Below the pieces are notes generated by a model. The model worked only from the letters and a program-made list of their open reading frames with translations, ran no database searches and was not told the origin of the DNA. The translations under genes and the position numbers were made by a program. Below are positions 46,810-56,269 of a DNA stretch of 64,000 nt, piece by piece. Location of the stretch: contig JAGYPA010000017.1 of the NCBI GenBank assembly GCA_018399255.1, positions 6,130 through 70,129 of the forward strand. Direction: 5' to 3'. How positions within the stretch are numbered: position 1 is the first letter of the stretch; each line of letters opens with the position of its first letter. The DNA comes from Spirochaetales bacterium (GTDB lineage: Bacteria > Spirochaetota > Spirochaetia > JABMQR01).

Positions 46810-47718
46810 ATGAAAGCACTCCCATCGGCCAAGGCAAAAAGAAATGTGCCGCTTCACCTTATGCTGCTGCCGGCTGTTATATTAGTTCTTATCTATAACT
46901 ATATACCGATGCTAGGGGTGGTCATGGCTTTTCAACGGTATATTCCCGGGCGCGGTCTCTTCGGATCGCCATTTACAGGCCTGGATAATTTCAAATATGT
47001 CTTTGGCCTATCCGGCTTTACTTCAGCTGTTCGGAATACTGTCTTTATCGCTTTTATAAAAATGGTTACCGGGATAGTTGTTCCTGTAACCTTCGCACTT
47101 CTTCTCAATGAAGTGCGTGCAAAGAAGACGAAAAAGATAATTCAGACGATGATCTATCTGCCCTTTTTTCTGTCATGGGTCATCCTTGCTGGTATTCTGA
47201 GGGATATACTCTCTCCCAGTACGGGAATCGTCAATAAATTTCTCATGCTCTTTACCGATGAGTCGGTGTACTTTCTGGCCAATGCGGGAATTTTCCCCTG
47301 GGTTATCATCATTACTCACATATGGAAAGAATTCGGTTACGCAACAATTATTTATCTTGCCACGCTTACTACCATCGATCCGGCTCTCTATGAGGCAGCG
47401 ATGATAGATGGAGCGGGACGGCTCAGTCAGACCTGGCATGTAACGATTCCCGGCATAGCACCTATTGTGATACTTCTGTCGGTATTAAGCCTTGGTCAAA
47501 TACTGAATGCAGGATTTGACCAGGTTTTTAATCTCTACAATTTTTCTGTCTACAGTACGGGAGATATACTGGATACCTTCATTTACCGGATCAGTCTTGA
47601 TAATCTCCAGTTTGCGATAGGAACGGCTGTAGGGCTTTTCAGGTCTGTTGTTTCCTTTGTGTTTGTCGTTGCTTCCTACTGGCTGGCAGATAAGCTTACG
47701 GACTACCGAGTATTCTGA
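46810..47718 (+). CDS. Carbohydrate ABC transporter permease (LplB-like)
   Basis: NYIPMLGVVMAFQ, YLPFFLSWV, LYEAAMIDGAGR, LNAGFDQ. Confidence 0.93.
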   Translation: MKALPSAKAKRNVPLHLMLLPAVILVLIYNYIPMLGVVMAFQRYIPGRGLFGSPFTGLDNFKYVFGLSGFTSAVRNTVFIAFIKMVTGIVVPVTFALLLNEVRAKKTKKIIQTMIYLPFFLSWVILAGILRDILSPSTGIVNKFLMLFTDESVYFLANAGIFPWVIIITHIWKEFGYATIIYLATLTTIDPALYEAAMIDGAGRLSQTWHVTIPGIAPIVILLSVLSLGQILNAGFDQVFNLYNFSVYSTGDILDTFIYRISLDNLQFAIGTAVGLFRSVVSFVFVVASYWLADKLTDYRVF

Positions 47719-47733
47719 GTATAGGAGAATTCG

Positions 47734-48627
47734 ATGAACATCAGAGATTCAAAGGCTGAAGCACTTTTTAAAAAAATCAATACGGTTTTCCTCTGCATTG
47801 TGGCAGTCCTTTGCGTTTTGCCTCTCGTTCACGTTCTGGCTCTGTCTTTCAGCAGCAGCCGTGCAGCGGGGGCGGGAATCGTCACTTTATGGCCGAAGGA
47901 GTTTACTCTCGAAGCCTATAACTACGCTATTGGAAGATCCCAGTTCTGGAGATCCATGGGTATATCCCTGTCCAGAATCCTGGTGGGGCTGCCTGTCAAC
48001 ATGGTGCTGACAGTACTGACTGCCTATCCGCTCTATATGTATTCACGGAGTTTTAAGGCAAGGAATTTCTACGCATGGTTCTTTTTTATCACCATTCTTT
48101 TTAATGGCGGGCTGGTTCCCACGTACATGGTTGTTTCAATGACCGGAATTCGCGATACTCTCTGGGCTCTTATTCTTCCGACTGCCGTTCCGGTGTTCAA
48201 TATCATACTTCTGCTGAATTTCTTCAGAAGACTGCCTAAGGAGATTTCCGAATCAGCTTATATGGACGGTGCGAGCCATTTGCGAATACTTTTTCAGATA
48301 TTTATCCCTCTATCGAAACCTGCTCTGGCAACCTTGATCCTTTTTGTTTTCGTTTTCCACTGGAACAGCTGGTTCGACGGTTTGATCTATATGAACTCGT
48401 CGGAAAATTACCCTTTGCAGACATATCTGCAGAATATTGTAGTTGCAAGGGACTTCGAAATGTATTCCAGTGCTACGGCCGAGGAGTTGAAAGCACTGGC
48501 AGAAGTGTCGGACAGAACCACGAAAGCAGCTCAGATTTTTATAGCAGCTTTCCCCATACTCATAATTTACCCCTACCTTCAGAAACACTTTGTCAAAGGT
48601 ATTGTCGTGGGCAGCATAAAAGGCTAA
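47734..48627 (+). CDS. Carbohydrate ABC transporter permease (LplC-like)
   Basis: FNGGLVPTY, ISESAYMDGA, WNSWFDG, YPYLQKHFVKGIVVGSIKG. Confidence 0.93.
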   Translation: MNIRDSKAEALFKKINTVFLCIVAVLCVLPLVHVLALSFSSSRAAGAGIVTLWPKEFTLEAYNYAIGRSQFWRSMGISLSRILVGLPVNMVLTVLTAYPLYMYSRSFKARNFYAWFFFITILFNGGLVPTYMVVSMTGIRDTLWALILPTAVPVFNIILLLNFFRRLPKEISESAYMDGASHLRILFQIFIPLSKPALATLILFVFVFHWNSWFDGLIYMNSSENYPLQTYLQNIVVARDFEMYSSATAEELKALAEVSDRTTKAAQIFIAAFPILIIYPYLQKHFVKGIVVGSIKG

Positions 48628-48642
48628 TAAGGAGATAATTTC

Positions 48643-51048
48643 TTGCAGTACGGATATTTTGATGATCAAAAAAAAGAATATACTATTACGAACCCTGAAA
48701 CTCCCGCAAGCTGGAGCAATTATCTGGGCGATACCGAGTACGGAGCCATTATAACAAACAATGCGGGAGGGTACAGTTTTTTCAAGTCGGCTTTTAACGG
48801 TCGTTTTATGCGCTTCCGCACAAACAGCGTTCCTCTGGACCAGCCGGGTCGGTACTTGTATATCAGGGATGATGAGAGCGGGGATTACTGGTCTGCTTCC
48901 TGGCAGCCGGTGGGTAAGCCGCTCGAGGACTACAAAAGCGAATGTCGCCACGGTACGGCATATACTGAGATCACCTCACAGTATTCGAGCATAGAGAGCA
49001 AAACTTTCTACTATGTGCCGTTGGGGCAGAGGTTCGAATGCTGGGCATTGAAACTCACAAATACAGGCGATCGGCCCAGGAATATTTCTCTTTTTACCTA
49101 TTGCGAGTTTTCAAGCCACTGGAATCTGCTTAAGGATCAGGTCGATATTCAGTACACGCAATATATCGTCAAAGGCGATATGTATGACGGTGTAATGCAG
49201 ATTTCCTGCAATCATCATGTGGATGAGAATCTGGATGACTTTCAGGCCGACGGACAGGGGCGCAATGTCTGGATGACCCTCAGGGGCACTCCGATCGATA
49301 GTTTCGATACCCAGCGGGAAAGCTTTCTCGGCGGTCCCTATAGGAATTACAGCAATCCCATAGCTGTGGAATCGGGAAAGTGTTCCGGCTCAGAAGCCCA
49401 CGGCGACAGTGCCTGCGGAAGTTTGCACAGCAGCGTGACGCTGGCACCGGGAGAGACGAAGGAAATCGTAGTCCTGCTGGGTGTCGGAAAAGTAGACGAA
49501 GAGAAAATATCTCTGGCCGATGCTTACGGCACATGGAGCTCCGTTGAGGAGGAACTGAATAAGCTTAAAGATCACTGGCATTCCCGGCTTGGCCAGTTCG
49601 AGTGCCGCACCCCGGATAGCGATTTCAACAGTATGATCAATGTCTGGAATGCCTATAACTGCCTGATTACTTACTCATGGTCCCGTGCGGCCAGCCTGGT
49701 TTACAATGGCGAGCGGGACGGGCTCGGGTTCCGGGACACTGTTCAGGACCTCCTGGGAGTAATGCCGCTGATCCCGGAAGAAGCCCGGGAGAGACTCGTT
49801 TTAATGCTTACCGGACAGTTCTCCAATGGTGGAGCCATCCACGTGGTCAAACCCTACAGCCACAAACCCGGGCATGAGACTATCAATCCCGATGATGATT
49901 ACAGGTCCGATGACTGCCTGTGGTTTTTCGACACTATAGCCGAGTATGCGGCAGAGACAGGGAATCTGGATTTTTACAGGCAAGTGGTTCCCTATGCGGA
50001 CAAAGGGGAAGCTTCGGTTCTGGGGCACCTTAAGAATGCCCTTATGTTCAATCTTCAGAGGATGGGAGCCCACGGTCTGCCTTGCGGGCTTACGGCTGAC
50101 TGGAACGACACCATGCGGCTGGGACAAAAAGGGGAGAGTCTCTTTATCACCTTTCAGCTGCGGTACGGCTTAAGGAAGTATGCCGGGATTTGCCGGCTCC
50201 TTCAGTTTGAGGAGGAAGCGGCCTGGGCAGAGGACCAATGCTCCAGGCTGGATGACACTATTGAGCAGCATGCCTGGGACGGTGAGTGGTTTATCCGGGG
50301 CTTCCATGAGGACGGCAGCCCTGTCGGATCGAAAAACAGCGATGAAAACCATGCCTCCCTGTTTCTGAACTCCCAGAGCTGGGCTGTTATCAGCGGTGCC
50401 GCAACTGAACAACAGAGAGAAAAAGCCCTTGATACCGTCTGGAAAAGGCTCTCCACGGAGTACGGAATCATGGTGTGCGATCCTCCTTTCAAGAAAGGGG
50501 ATATCAATGTCTTTGCCGCAGTCCTCTTCAATGAGGGACAGAAAGAGAATGCAGGAATCTTTTGTCATCCCCAGGGGTGGGCTGTTATGGCCGAATGCCT
50601 GAACGGTAACGGCGACAGGGCATATGAGTATTACAGAAACTTTATGCCTTCGGCCTATAACGACAGGGCTGAAATCCGTGTGAGCGAACCGTATGTTCAC
50701 GCGCAAAGTACCCATTCCCGATACAGCCGTAAATATGGGACAACCCGTCTGCCCTGGCTTTCGGGAACTGCTGCCTGGGCGTATCATTCTGCAACCCATT
50801 ATATCCTCGGGATATTTCCCGAATACAATGGATTGAGAATCGATCCCTGTATTCCTTCCCGGTGGGATAAATTTACGGTTACCAAGGTTTTCAGAAATAA
50901 AAAAATTCATATAACAGTTGCCAACCCTCAGAAATTGCAAACCGGGATAGGTCAGTTAATCTGCGGCGGTAAGAAAATAACGGGCAACTTTATTCCAGTG
51001 GAAATGCTCGAGGATGGAATGGAAGTCCTGGCTGAAATTGGAGTCTGA
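48643..51048 (+). CDS. Glycoside hydrolase family 94 phosphorylase (chitobiose/cellobiose phosphorylase-like)
   Basis: YGYFDD...P.TPASWSNYLG, GLGFRDTVQD, RSDDCLW, catalytic ADWND, KENAGIFCH, WLSGTAAW. Confidence 0.93.
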   Translation: MQYGYFDDQKKEYTITNPETPASWSNYLGDTEYGAIITNNAGGYSFFKSAFNGRFMRFRTNSVPLDQPGRYLYIRDDESGDYWSASWQPVGKPLEDYKSECRHGTAYTEITSQYSSIESKTFYYVPLGQRFECWALKLTNTGDRPRNISLFTYCEFSSHWNLLKDQVDIQYTQYIVKGDMYDGVMQISCNHHVDENLDDFQADGQGRNVWMTLRGTPIDSFDTQRESFLGGPYRNYSNPIAVESGKCSGSEAHGDSACGSLHSSVTLAPGETKEIVVLLGVGKVDEEKISLADAYGTWSSVEEELNKLKDHWHSRLGQFECRTPDSDFNSMINVWNAYNCLITYSWSRAASLVYNGERDGLGFRDTVQDLLGVMPLIPEEARERLVLMLTGQFSNGGAIHVVKPYSHKPGHETINPDDDYRSDDCLWFFDTIAEYAAETGNLDFYRQVVPYADKGEASVLGHLKNALMFNLQRMGAHGLPCGLTADWNDTMRLGQKGESLFITFQLRYGLRKYAGICRLLQFEEEAAWAEDQCSRLDDTIEQHAWDGEWFIRGFHEDGSPVGSKNSDENHASLFLNSQSWAVISGAATEQQREKALDTVWKRLSTEYGIMVCDPPFKKGDINVFAAVLFNEGQKENAGIFCHPQGWAVMAECLNGNGDRAYEYYRNFMPSAYNDRAEIRVSEPYVHAQSTHSRYSRKYGTTRLPWLSGTAAWAYHSATHYILGIFPEYNGLRIDPCIPSRWDKFTVTKVFRNKKIHITVANPQKLQTGIGQLICGGKKITGNFIPVEMLEDGMEVLAEIGV

Positions 51049-51988
51049 ATTGAAGGCACTTGAGAGAAGCAGCGATGGATTCTTTGTCAAGGGGGAGGAT
51101 GGAGTCCTCGCCATTTCAGCAACCTATGACGGAAAAGTGGAATTTATCTATTTCAAAGAAAGGCAGCTGGCTCTGGTGAATTCCTCTTCAGGCTATCCTG
51201 CTTATTACCGGGTTCCTGCTGCAAGAATGGAATATCCTGTTAAAGCAGTGCTTATGGATCTTGACGGCACCAGTGTCAGGAGCGAAGAATTCTGGATCTG
51301 GATCATCGAGAAAACCATTGCCTCAATGCTCGGCAATCACTTTTTCCGGTTAGAGCAGGAGGATCTTCCGTATGTTTCGGGGCACAGCGTCTCTGAGCAT
51401 CTGGATTACTGTCTTAAAAAATACTGCCCCGCAGGAACCCTTGAAGAAGCCCGGATCTGCTATTTTGACCATTCACACCGGGAGATGGATCTGATCCTTC
51501 AGGGAAAGGGGCGTTCCGATGCCTTTACCCCTGCAAATGGGCTGAAGGAGTTTCTCTGCAGTCTCAAAAAGATGGGGATAAAGATCGGCCTGGTGACATC
51601 GGGACTTTACGAGAAGGCCTGGCCGGAGATTCTTTCGGCCTTTAAAACTATGAACCTGGGGCGCCCGGAAGATTTTTACGACGCCATTATAACAGCCGGC
51701 TATCCGCTGAGGAAAGGGCAGCCTGGAACATTGGGAGAATTGTCACCCAAACCCCATCCCTGGCTCTACGGGGAAATGGCTGCCATAGGTCTGGGGATCC
51801 CCTGCGATCAGAGACACCACGTTTTGGGAATTGAGGACAGCGGGGCGGGAATCTGCTCTATTAAACTGGCAGGCTTTACAGCCGTGGGAATGAGCGGCGG
51901 CAACATCGAAGAAAGCGGCTCATTGGAACTCTGCGATCATTACTGCGGGGATTTCAGTGAGATTTTAACGATTGTGGAAGGATCATGA
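51014..51988 (+). CDS. HAD-superfamily phosphatase/phosphomutase with N-terminal extension
   Basis: LMDLDGT, LVTSG, PKPHP, IEDSGAG; alternative start TTG 51050. Confidence 0.85.
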   Translation: MEWKSWLKLESELKALERSSDGFFVKGEDGVLAISATYDGKVEFIYFKERQLALVNSSSGYPAYYRVPAARMEYPVKAVLMDLDGTSVRSEEFWIWIIEKTIASMLGNHFFRLEQEDLPYVSGHSVSEHLDYCLKKYCPAGTLEEARICYFDHSHREMDLILQGKGRSDAFTPANGLKEFLCSLKKMGIKIGLVTSGLYEKAWPEILSAFKTMNLGRPEDFYDAIITAGYPLRKGQPGTLGELSPKPHPWLYGEMAAIGLGIPCDQRHHVLGIEDSGAGICSIKLAGFTAVGMSGGNIEESGSLELCDHYCGDFSEILTIVEGS

Positions 51989-51992
51989 TTAA

Positions 51993-54875
51993 ATGAAAAA
52001 CCAATATGAAATGCATATTATAATAAATACCCATTGGGATCGGGAGTATCGATGGTCCTTTGCGGAAACCCGGTTCCGGTTGGTCGAAGCCGTTGACGAT
52101 CTCATCGATATAATGAACACAGACAAGCGGTTTGTCCATTTTCATACCGATTCGCAGGTTTCCATGCTCGATGATTATCTGGAAGTGAAGCCCGAAAGAG
52201 CGGAGGAGCTGAAAAAACTTGTCGCCGGCAAGAGGATCCTGACCGGTCCCTGGTACACCCTTCCGGCAGAATTTCTCGTGAGTGGTGAAGCCCTTGTCCG
52301 GAATCTGCTCACAGGGCACCGCATCTCCGAAGAACTCGGCGGCGTCATGAAAGCTGCCTACAATATTTTCAGCTGGGGACAGGTCTCCCAGCTGCCTCAG
52401 ATATACAAGCAGTTTGGCATGGACACGATCCTTTTCTACAGGGGGATCGACCAGTCTGCACTGGACAGTCTGGAATTCAAATGGCAGTCTCCCGACGGAT
52501 CGGAGGCACTGGGCCTGACTTTCGGATCCTACCACAGACTGAACTTCTGGCGATATGTTTACCTCCCCTATATTCAGGGAGAGCTGGGAGTCAGCGGTGA
52601 CAACCACAGCCTGAGCCGGGAAAATCTCGGAGAGAAGGGATTCCTGTTCAGTCTCTGCGACAGCTGCAGCAACGATCTTAATCATCTGGTAATCGATCAG
52701 CCCTGCGCCGAAGATCTCACGGCAGCACTGAAGGGGATGGATACACTGGTAAAGACTGCGGCAGATAAATCCTCTGTGAAGGATCTTCTCTTTCTTCAGG
52801 GCTTTGACCAGGAAAACCCCGATCCGATAATTTCCGATCTGATAGATCGAATAAATGAAAGAATCGATTATGGAAAGGTCAAAGTCGGGAACCTGCCTGA
52901 CTACATACAAAAAGTTAGATCAGCACTGATTACGGAGGGACTCCTGGACAGACTTCCATTGAAAAAAGGAGAGATGCTGGATGTGGAAAAAGTGGGTGAT
53001 GCCTTCGGACCTCTGTACAACGGAGTTTTCTCGGCGAGAATGCCCCTCAAGCTGCTCAACTCTTCCTGCCAGCGTCTTATCGAATGCTGGGCAGAACCTT
53101 CGGCGGTCTGGTCCATGCTGAACCGGGGAACCTATCCCCGAATTCCTTTGGATATTGCCTGGAAAGAGTTGCTGAAAAACCAGCAGCACGACGGGATAGG
53201 CGGCTGCCATGTGGATCGGGTCACAAGAACCATGAACGAGCGCTATGAGAATGTCCGCGATATCGGTGAAACAATAACCAGAAACTCTTTAAAAGCTCTC
53301 ACCTGTAAAATTGATTTTTCCCACTTGGAGAACAGGGAAATTGGACTAGCGGTATTCAACTCCACCCAGTTCCAGCGTTCGGAAGTAGTTGAACTGACTG
53401 TCGATATTCCGAAAAACTGGAATTTCAGATATATCAACAGCCATTCGAGAAGGGATTTCGGTTTGACGGCGTATGATACGTCGGGTAATGAGGTGGAGTG
53501 CCAGATTTTACACTTTGAAGACGATACCCTGTTCGGATATCTCAAATTCGGTAATGTCATCGAGTTTGATGCGACGAGGTGCCGCATAGCCCTGAGCGTA
53601 AAAGATCTTCCGCCCATGGGGTATTCCACGTATAAAATTGTTCCCGAAAAAGCAATTAAAAGGCCAGTCGAATCGATCTGCAGCGGAGTCAATACCCTGG
53701 AAAATCAATACTTGAAAGTAGTAATTAACAGCAGCGGGACGCTGGATGTTTTCAACAAAGAGACCGGTATGCTTGTCCCGGGACTGCACTACTTTGAGGA
53801 TACCGGAGATAAGGGCGGACCGCTTAAATTCGATCCTCCCTATGAGGAAGGGACTCTCAATACGCTCTCTGAGAGTCCTGCCATTTCTCTCATCCATAAA
53901 GGACCCCTTTATGGCCGTTTCAGAATCGAATACCGATGGATGCTTCCCGAGAGGATGGAAGCAGAACTAAAGATTCATGTACCCCACGGCAGCGAGTGGG
54001 TGGATCAGGGGAGATTGAAGCGATCGGAATCTCTGAAGGCTGTCAAAATTGTCACGGATATCATTCTGACCAAGGACTCCAGAAAAGTGGATTTCATTAC
54101 ATCTATTGATAACAGCGTGAAGGATCACCGGTTGAGAGTGATTATCCCTACGGGTCTGGCCGATTCCCGTTTTTCCATAGCAGACTCCCCGTTCGACGTT
54201 GTTCAACGATCAGTAATCGTTCCTGATTCAACGGGATGGTATGAAAACGCTGCGGTGACCTGGCCTACAGAATCTTTCGCGGCCGTTAATGATGGAACAT
54301 CGGGGGCTGCTGTCTATCATAAGGGGCTTTCCGAATACGAGGTGAGTGACAATGCATCCAGATCTATCTGCCTTACTTTGATCAGGGCATTCAGCACCGC
54401 GGGCAATCCAACGGAAACCTGGCAGTATCAGGATTTGGCCCAATGTCCGGGAAAGCACACTTTTCATTACTCCCTGGAAATCGGTGCCGGCTGCGGTATG
54501 AGCCTTTCTTCCCTCAAGAAAAAATCCCTCTGCTCAAATATCCCCCTGAGAATCGCCCAGACGACAAAACACAAAGGACAATGGGGGCCGGCAAAATCCT
54601 TTATCAATCTCACTTCTGAGGATTTTATTGTAACAGCCCTTAAAAAAGCTGAGTATGAAGAGGCTTTTCTGATCCGCGGGTTCAACGTTTCCGACAGGAA
54701 GCTGGATGTCACCATAAAAGTTGACGGAAGTATCAAACGGGCAGCCAGGGTCTCCCTGGAGGAGAAAATCATGACCGGGATTGATGTTATCGATCACGAT
54801 ACCATCCGGGTATCAGTCGGGCCTTCTGAAATAGCCAGTTTTATGCTGTACCCGGAAGAAGGAGTCCTGTCCTGA
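51993..54875 (+). CDS. Glycoside hydrolase family 38 alpha-mannosidase-like protein
   Basis: NTHWDREY, GPWYT...VSGEALVRNL, QLPQI, NQQHDGIGGC, DHRLRV, LTLIRA, VTALKKAE. Confidence 0.88.
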   Translation: MKNQYEMHIIINTHWDREYRWSFAETRFRLVEAVDDLIDIMNTDKRFVHFHTDSQVSMLDDYLEVKPERAEELKKLVAGKRILTGPWYTLPAEFLVSGEALVRNLLTGHRISEELGGVMKAAYNIFSWGQVSQLPQIYKQFGMDTILFYRGIDQSALDSLEFKWQSPDGSEALGLTFGSYHRLNFWRYVYLPYIQGELGVSGDNHSLSRENLGEKGFLFSLCDSCSNDLNHLVIDQPCAEDLTAALKGMDTLVKTAADKSSVKDLLFLQGFDQENPDPIISDLIDRINERIDYGKVKVGNLPDYIQKVRSALITEGLLDRLPLKKGEMLDVEKVGDAFGPLYNGVFSARMPLKLLNSSCQRLIECWAEPSAVWSMLNRGTYPRIPLDIAWKELLKNQQHDGIGGCHVDRVTRTMNERYENVRDIGETITRNSLKALTCKIDFSHLENREIGLAVFNSTQFQRSEVVELTVDIPKNWNFRYINSHSRRDFGLTAYDTSGNEVECQILHFEDDTLFGYLKFGNVIEFDATRCRIALSVKDLPPMGYSTYKIVPEKAIKRPVESICSGVNTLENQYLKVVINSSGTLDVFNKETGMLVPGLHYFEDTGDKGGPLKFDPPYEEGTLNTLSESPAISLIHKGPLYGRFRIEYRWMLPERMEAELKIHVPHGSEWVDQGRLKRSESLKAVKIVTDIILTKDSRKVDFITSIDNSVKDHRLRVIIPTGLADSRFSIADSPFDVVQRSVIVPDSTGWYENAAVTWPTESFAAVNDGTSGAAVYHKGLSEYEVSDNASRSICLTLIRAFSTAGNPTETWQYQDLAQCPGKHTFHYSLEIGAGCGMSLSSLKKKSLCSNIPLRIAQTTKHKGQWGPAKSFINLTSEDFIVTALKKAEYEEAFLIRGFNVSDRKLDVTIKVDGSIKRAARVSLEEKIMTGIDVIDHDTIRVSVGPSEIASFMLYPEEGVLS

Positions 54876-56242
54876 TGGTGTATTATATAGATAGTCTGAA
54901 GGGCGATGATAGTAACAGCGGAACACGCGAGTCCGATCCCTGGAGGTCGTTGGAAAAAGTAACGGGGGCGGGAGCCGGATTTCAGCCGGGGGACAAAATT
55001 CTTTTCAAACGGGGTTGTGAGTGGAGAGGATCTCTGGTCCCGGGGAGCGGTTCTTCAGACAGATATATATTGTATGGGGCCTATGGAGAGGGGGCTGATC
55101 CAGTTTTGAATGGATCGGTCGAATTAAGCGCAAAAGGACAGTGGGATTTGTATGGAGGTTCACTCTGGATGAGTCGTGACTCCTTTCAGGTCGATGTCGG
55201 CAACCTGATTTTTGATGATTTTTCCTCCATAGCCTCCATAGCCTCCATAGCCTCCATAGGAGGAGTGAAAAAGTGGAAGATGCAGAATCTCTCAACAGAG
55301 GGAGACTTCTTCTATAATGAACGGGACGGGAAAATCTACCTGCTGTCCCGTGGGAATCCCGCTTCCTTTTACAGGAAAATTGAAGCAGCCCTGAACAGAA
55401 ATGTTATCTCATTTTCTCATGCCCATCATGTCATCTTTGAAAACCTCCATGTGAAAAGGGGCGGCGCTCATGGTTTCCAGGGGACTCACTCCCATCATAT
55501 CATCATCCGGAATTGCGAAATCTCCCAAATCGGCGGCGGTCTCTGTCCGGGAATGGTCGAAACCCGTTTTGGAAACGGAATCGAGTTCTGGGGTACTAAC
55601 AGGGACCAGCTGGTTGAGAGGTGCCGGATACATGATATTTACGATACGGCGGTTACTAATCAGAATCATAGCGGCGAAGCGCAGCAGGAGCGGATCACCT
55701 ACAGGGACAACTATCTATGGAATTGCGCCATGTATACCATTGAGATATGGAACAACGGGGGAAGTGGGGATGGGGGAGGGGAAGCATCAACACTTAAGGA
55801 TATCCGCTTCGAGTTCAACACCAGTCTCTATCCCGGCTGCGGCTGGGGAACCCAAAGGGTAGACAGGCACGGTTATCATCTCAATTTCGGGAAAAATACT
55901 GCCGAGACAGGTTCCGTCATACTCAAGAATAATATATTTTACGAAGGCAACGGGTTTCTCATCGCCGACTTGGCCGGAGAGGAGGAGGCACCCTGGTGGA
56001 ACCACATCGATATGGATGAAAACTGCTATTATTCATCAATTCATAAAGACAAATCCTTATGGCTGATCAACTGCAAGAATCAATTTGATTTTTCCTTCAA
56101 TCTCGATGATTTTGAACGATATAAAGCGAGAACGAAGTGGGACCTTCACTCTGTCGTACATAAACCCGATTTTGCAAGACTTGACAATCACAACTTTCAA
56201 TTGACAGCTCCTCCGGCGAATTTCCAATGTGGAGTTAGATAG
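54875..56242 (+). CDS. Right-handed parallel beta-helix protein, no signal peptide
   Basis: YYIDS..GDDSNSGT...PWRSLEK, PGDKILFKRG, YGAYGEG..P, then beta-helix-like repeats (IIIRNCEI, GNGIEFW). Confidence 0.8.
   Translation: MVYYIDSLKGDDSNSGTRESDPWRSLEKVTGAGAGFQPGDKILFKRGCEWRGSLVPGSGSSDRYILYGAYGEGADPVLNGSVELSAKGQWDLYGGSLWMSRDSFQVDVGNLIFDDFSSIASIASIASIGGVKKWKMQNLSTEGDFFYNERDGKIYLLSRGNPASFYRKIEAALNRNVISFSHAHHVIFENLHVKRGGAHGFQGTHSHHIIIRNCEISQIGGGLCPGMVETRFGNGIEFWGTNRDQLVERCRIHDIYDTAVTNQNHSGEAQQERITYRDNYLWNCAMYTIEIWNNGGSGDGGGEASTLKDIRFEFNTSLYPGCGWGTQRVDRHGYHLNFGKNTAETGSVILKNNIFYEGNGFLIADLAGEEEAPWWNHIDMDENCYYSSIHKDKSLWLINCKNQFDFSFNLDDFERYKARTKWDLHSVVHKPDFARLDNHNFQLTAPPANFQCGVR
55224..55259 (+). 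repeat. In-frame 9-bp tandem repeat CCTCCATAG x4 (SIASIASI)
   Basis: Directly visible. Confidence 0.95.
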
Positions 56243-56269
56243 AATGAACGATATTGAAGGAGCTCCTGC

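Noticed and set aside
50170..52910. Long antisense ORFs (50170-50940, 51954-52910)
   Set aside because: They are shadows of well-supported GH94 and GH38 genes and have no recognisable motifs.
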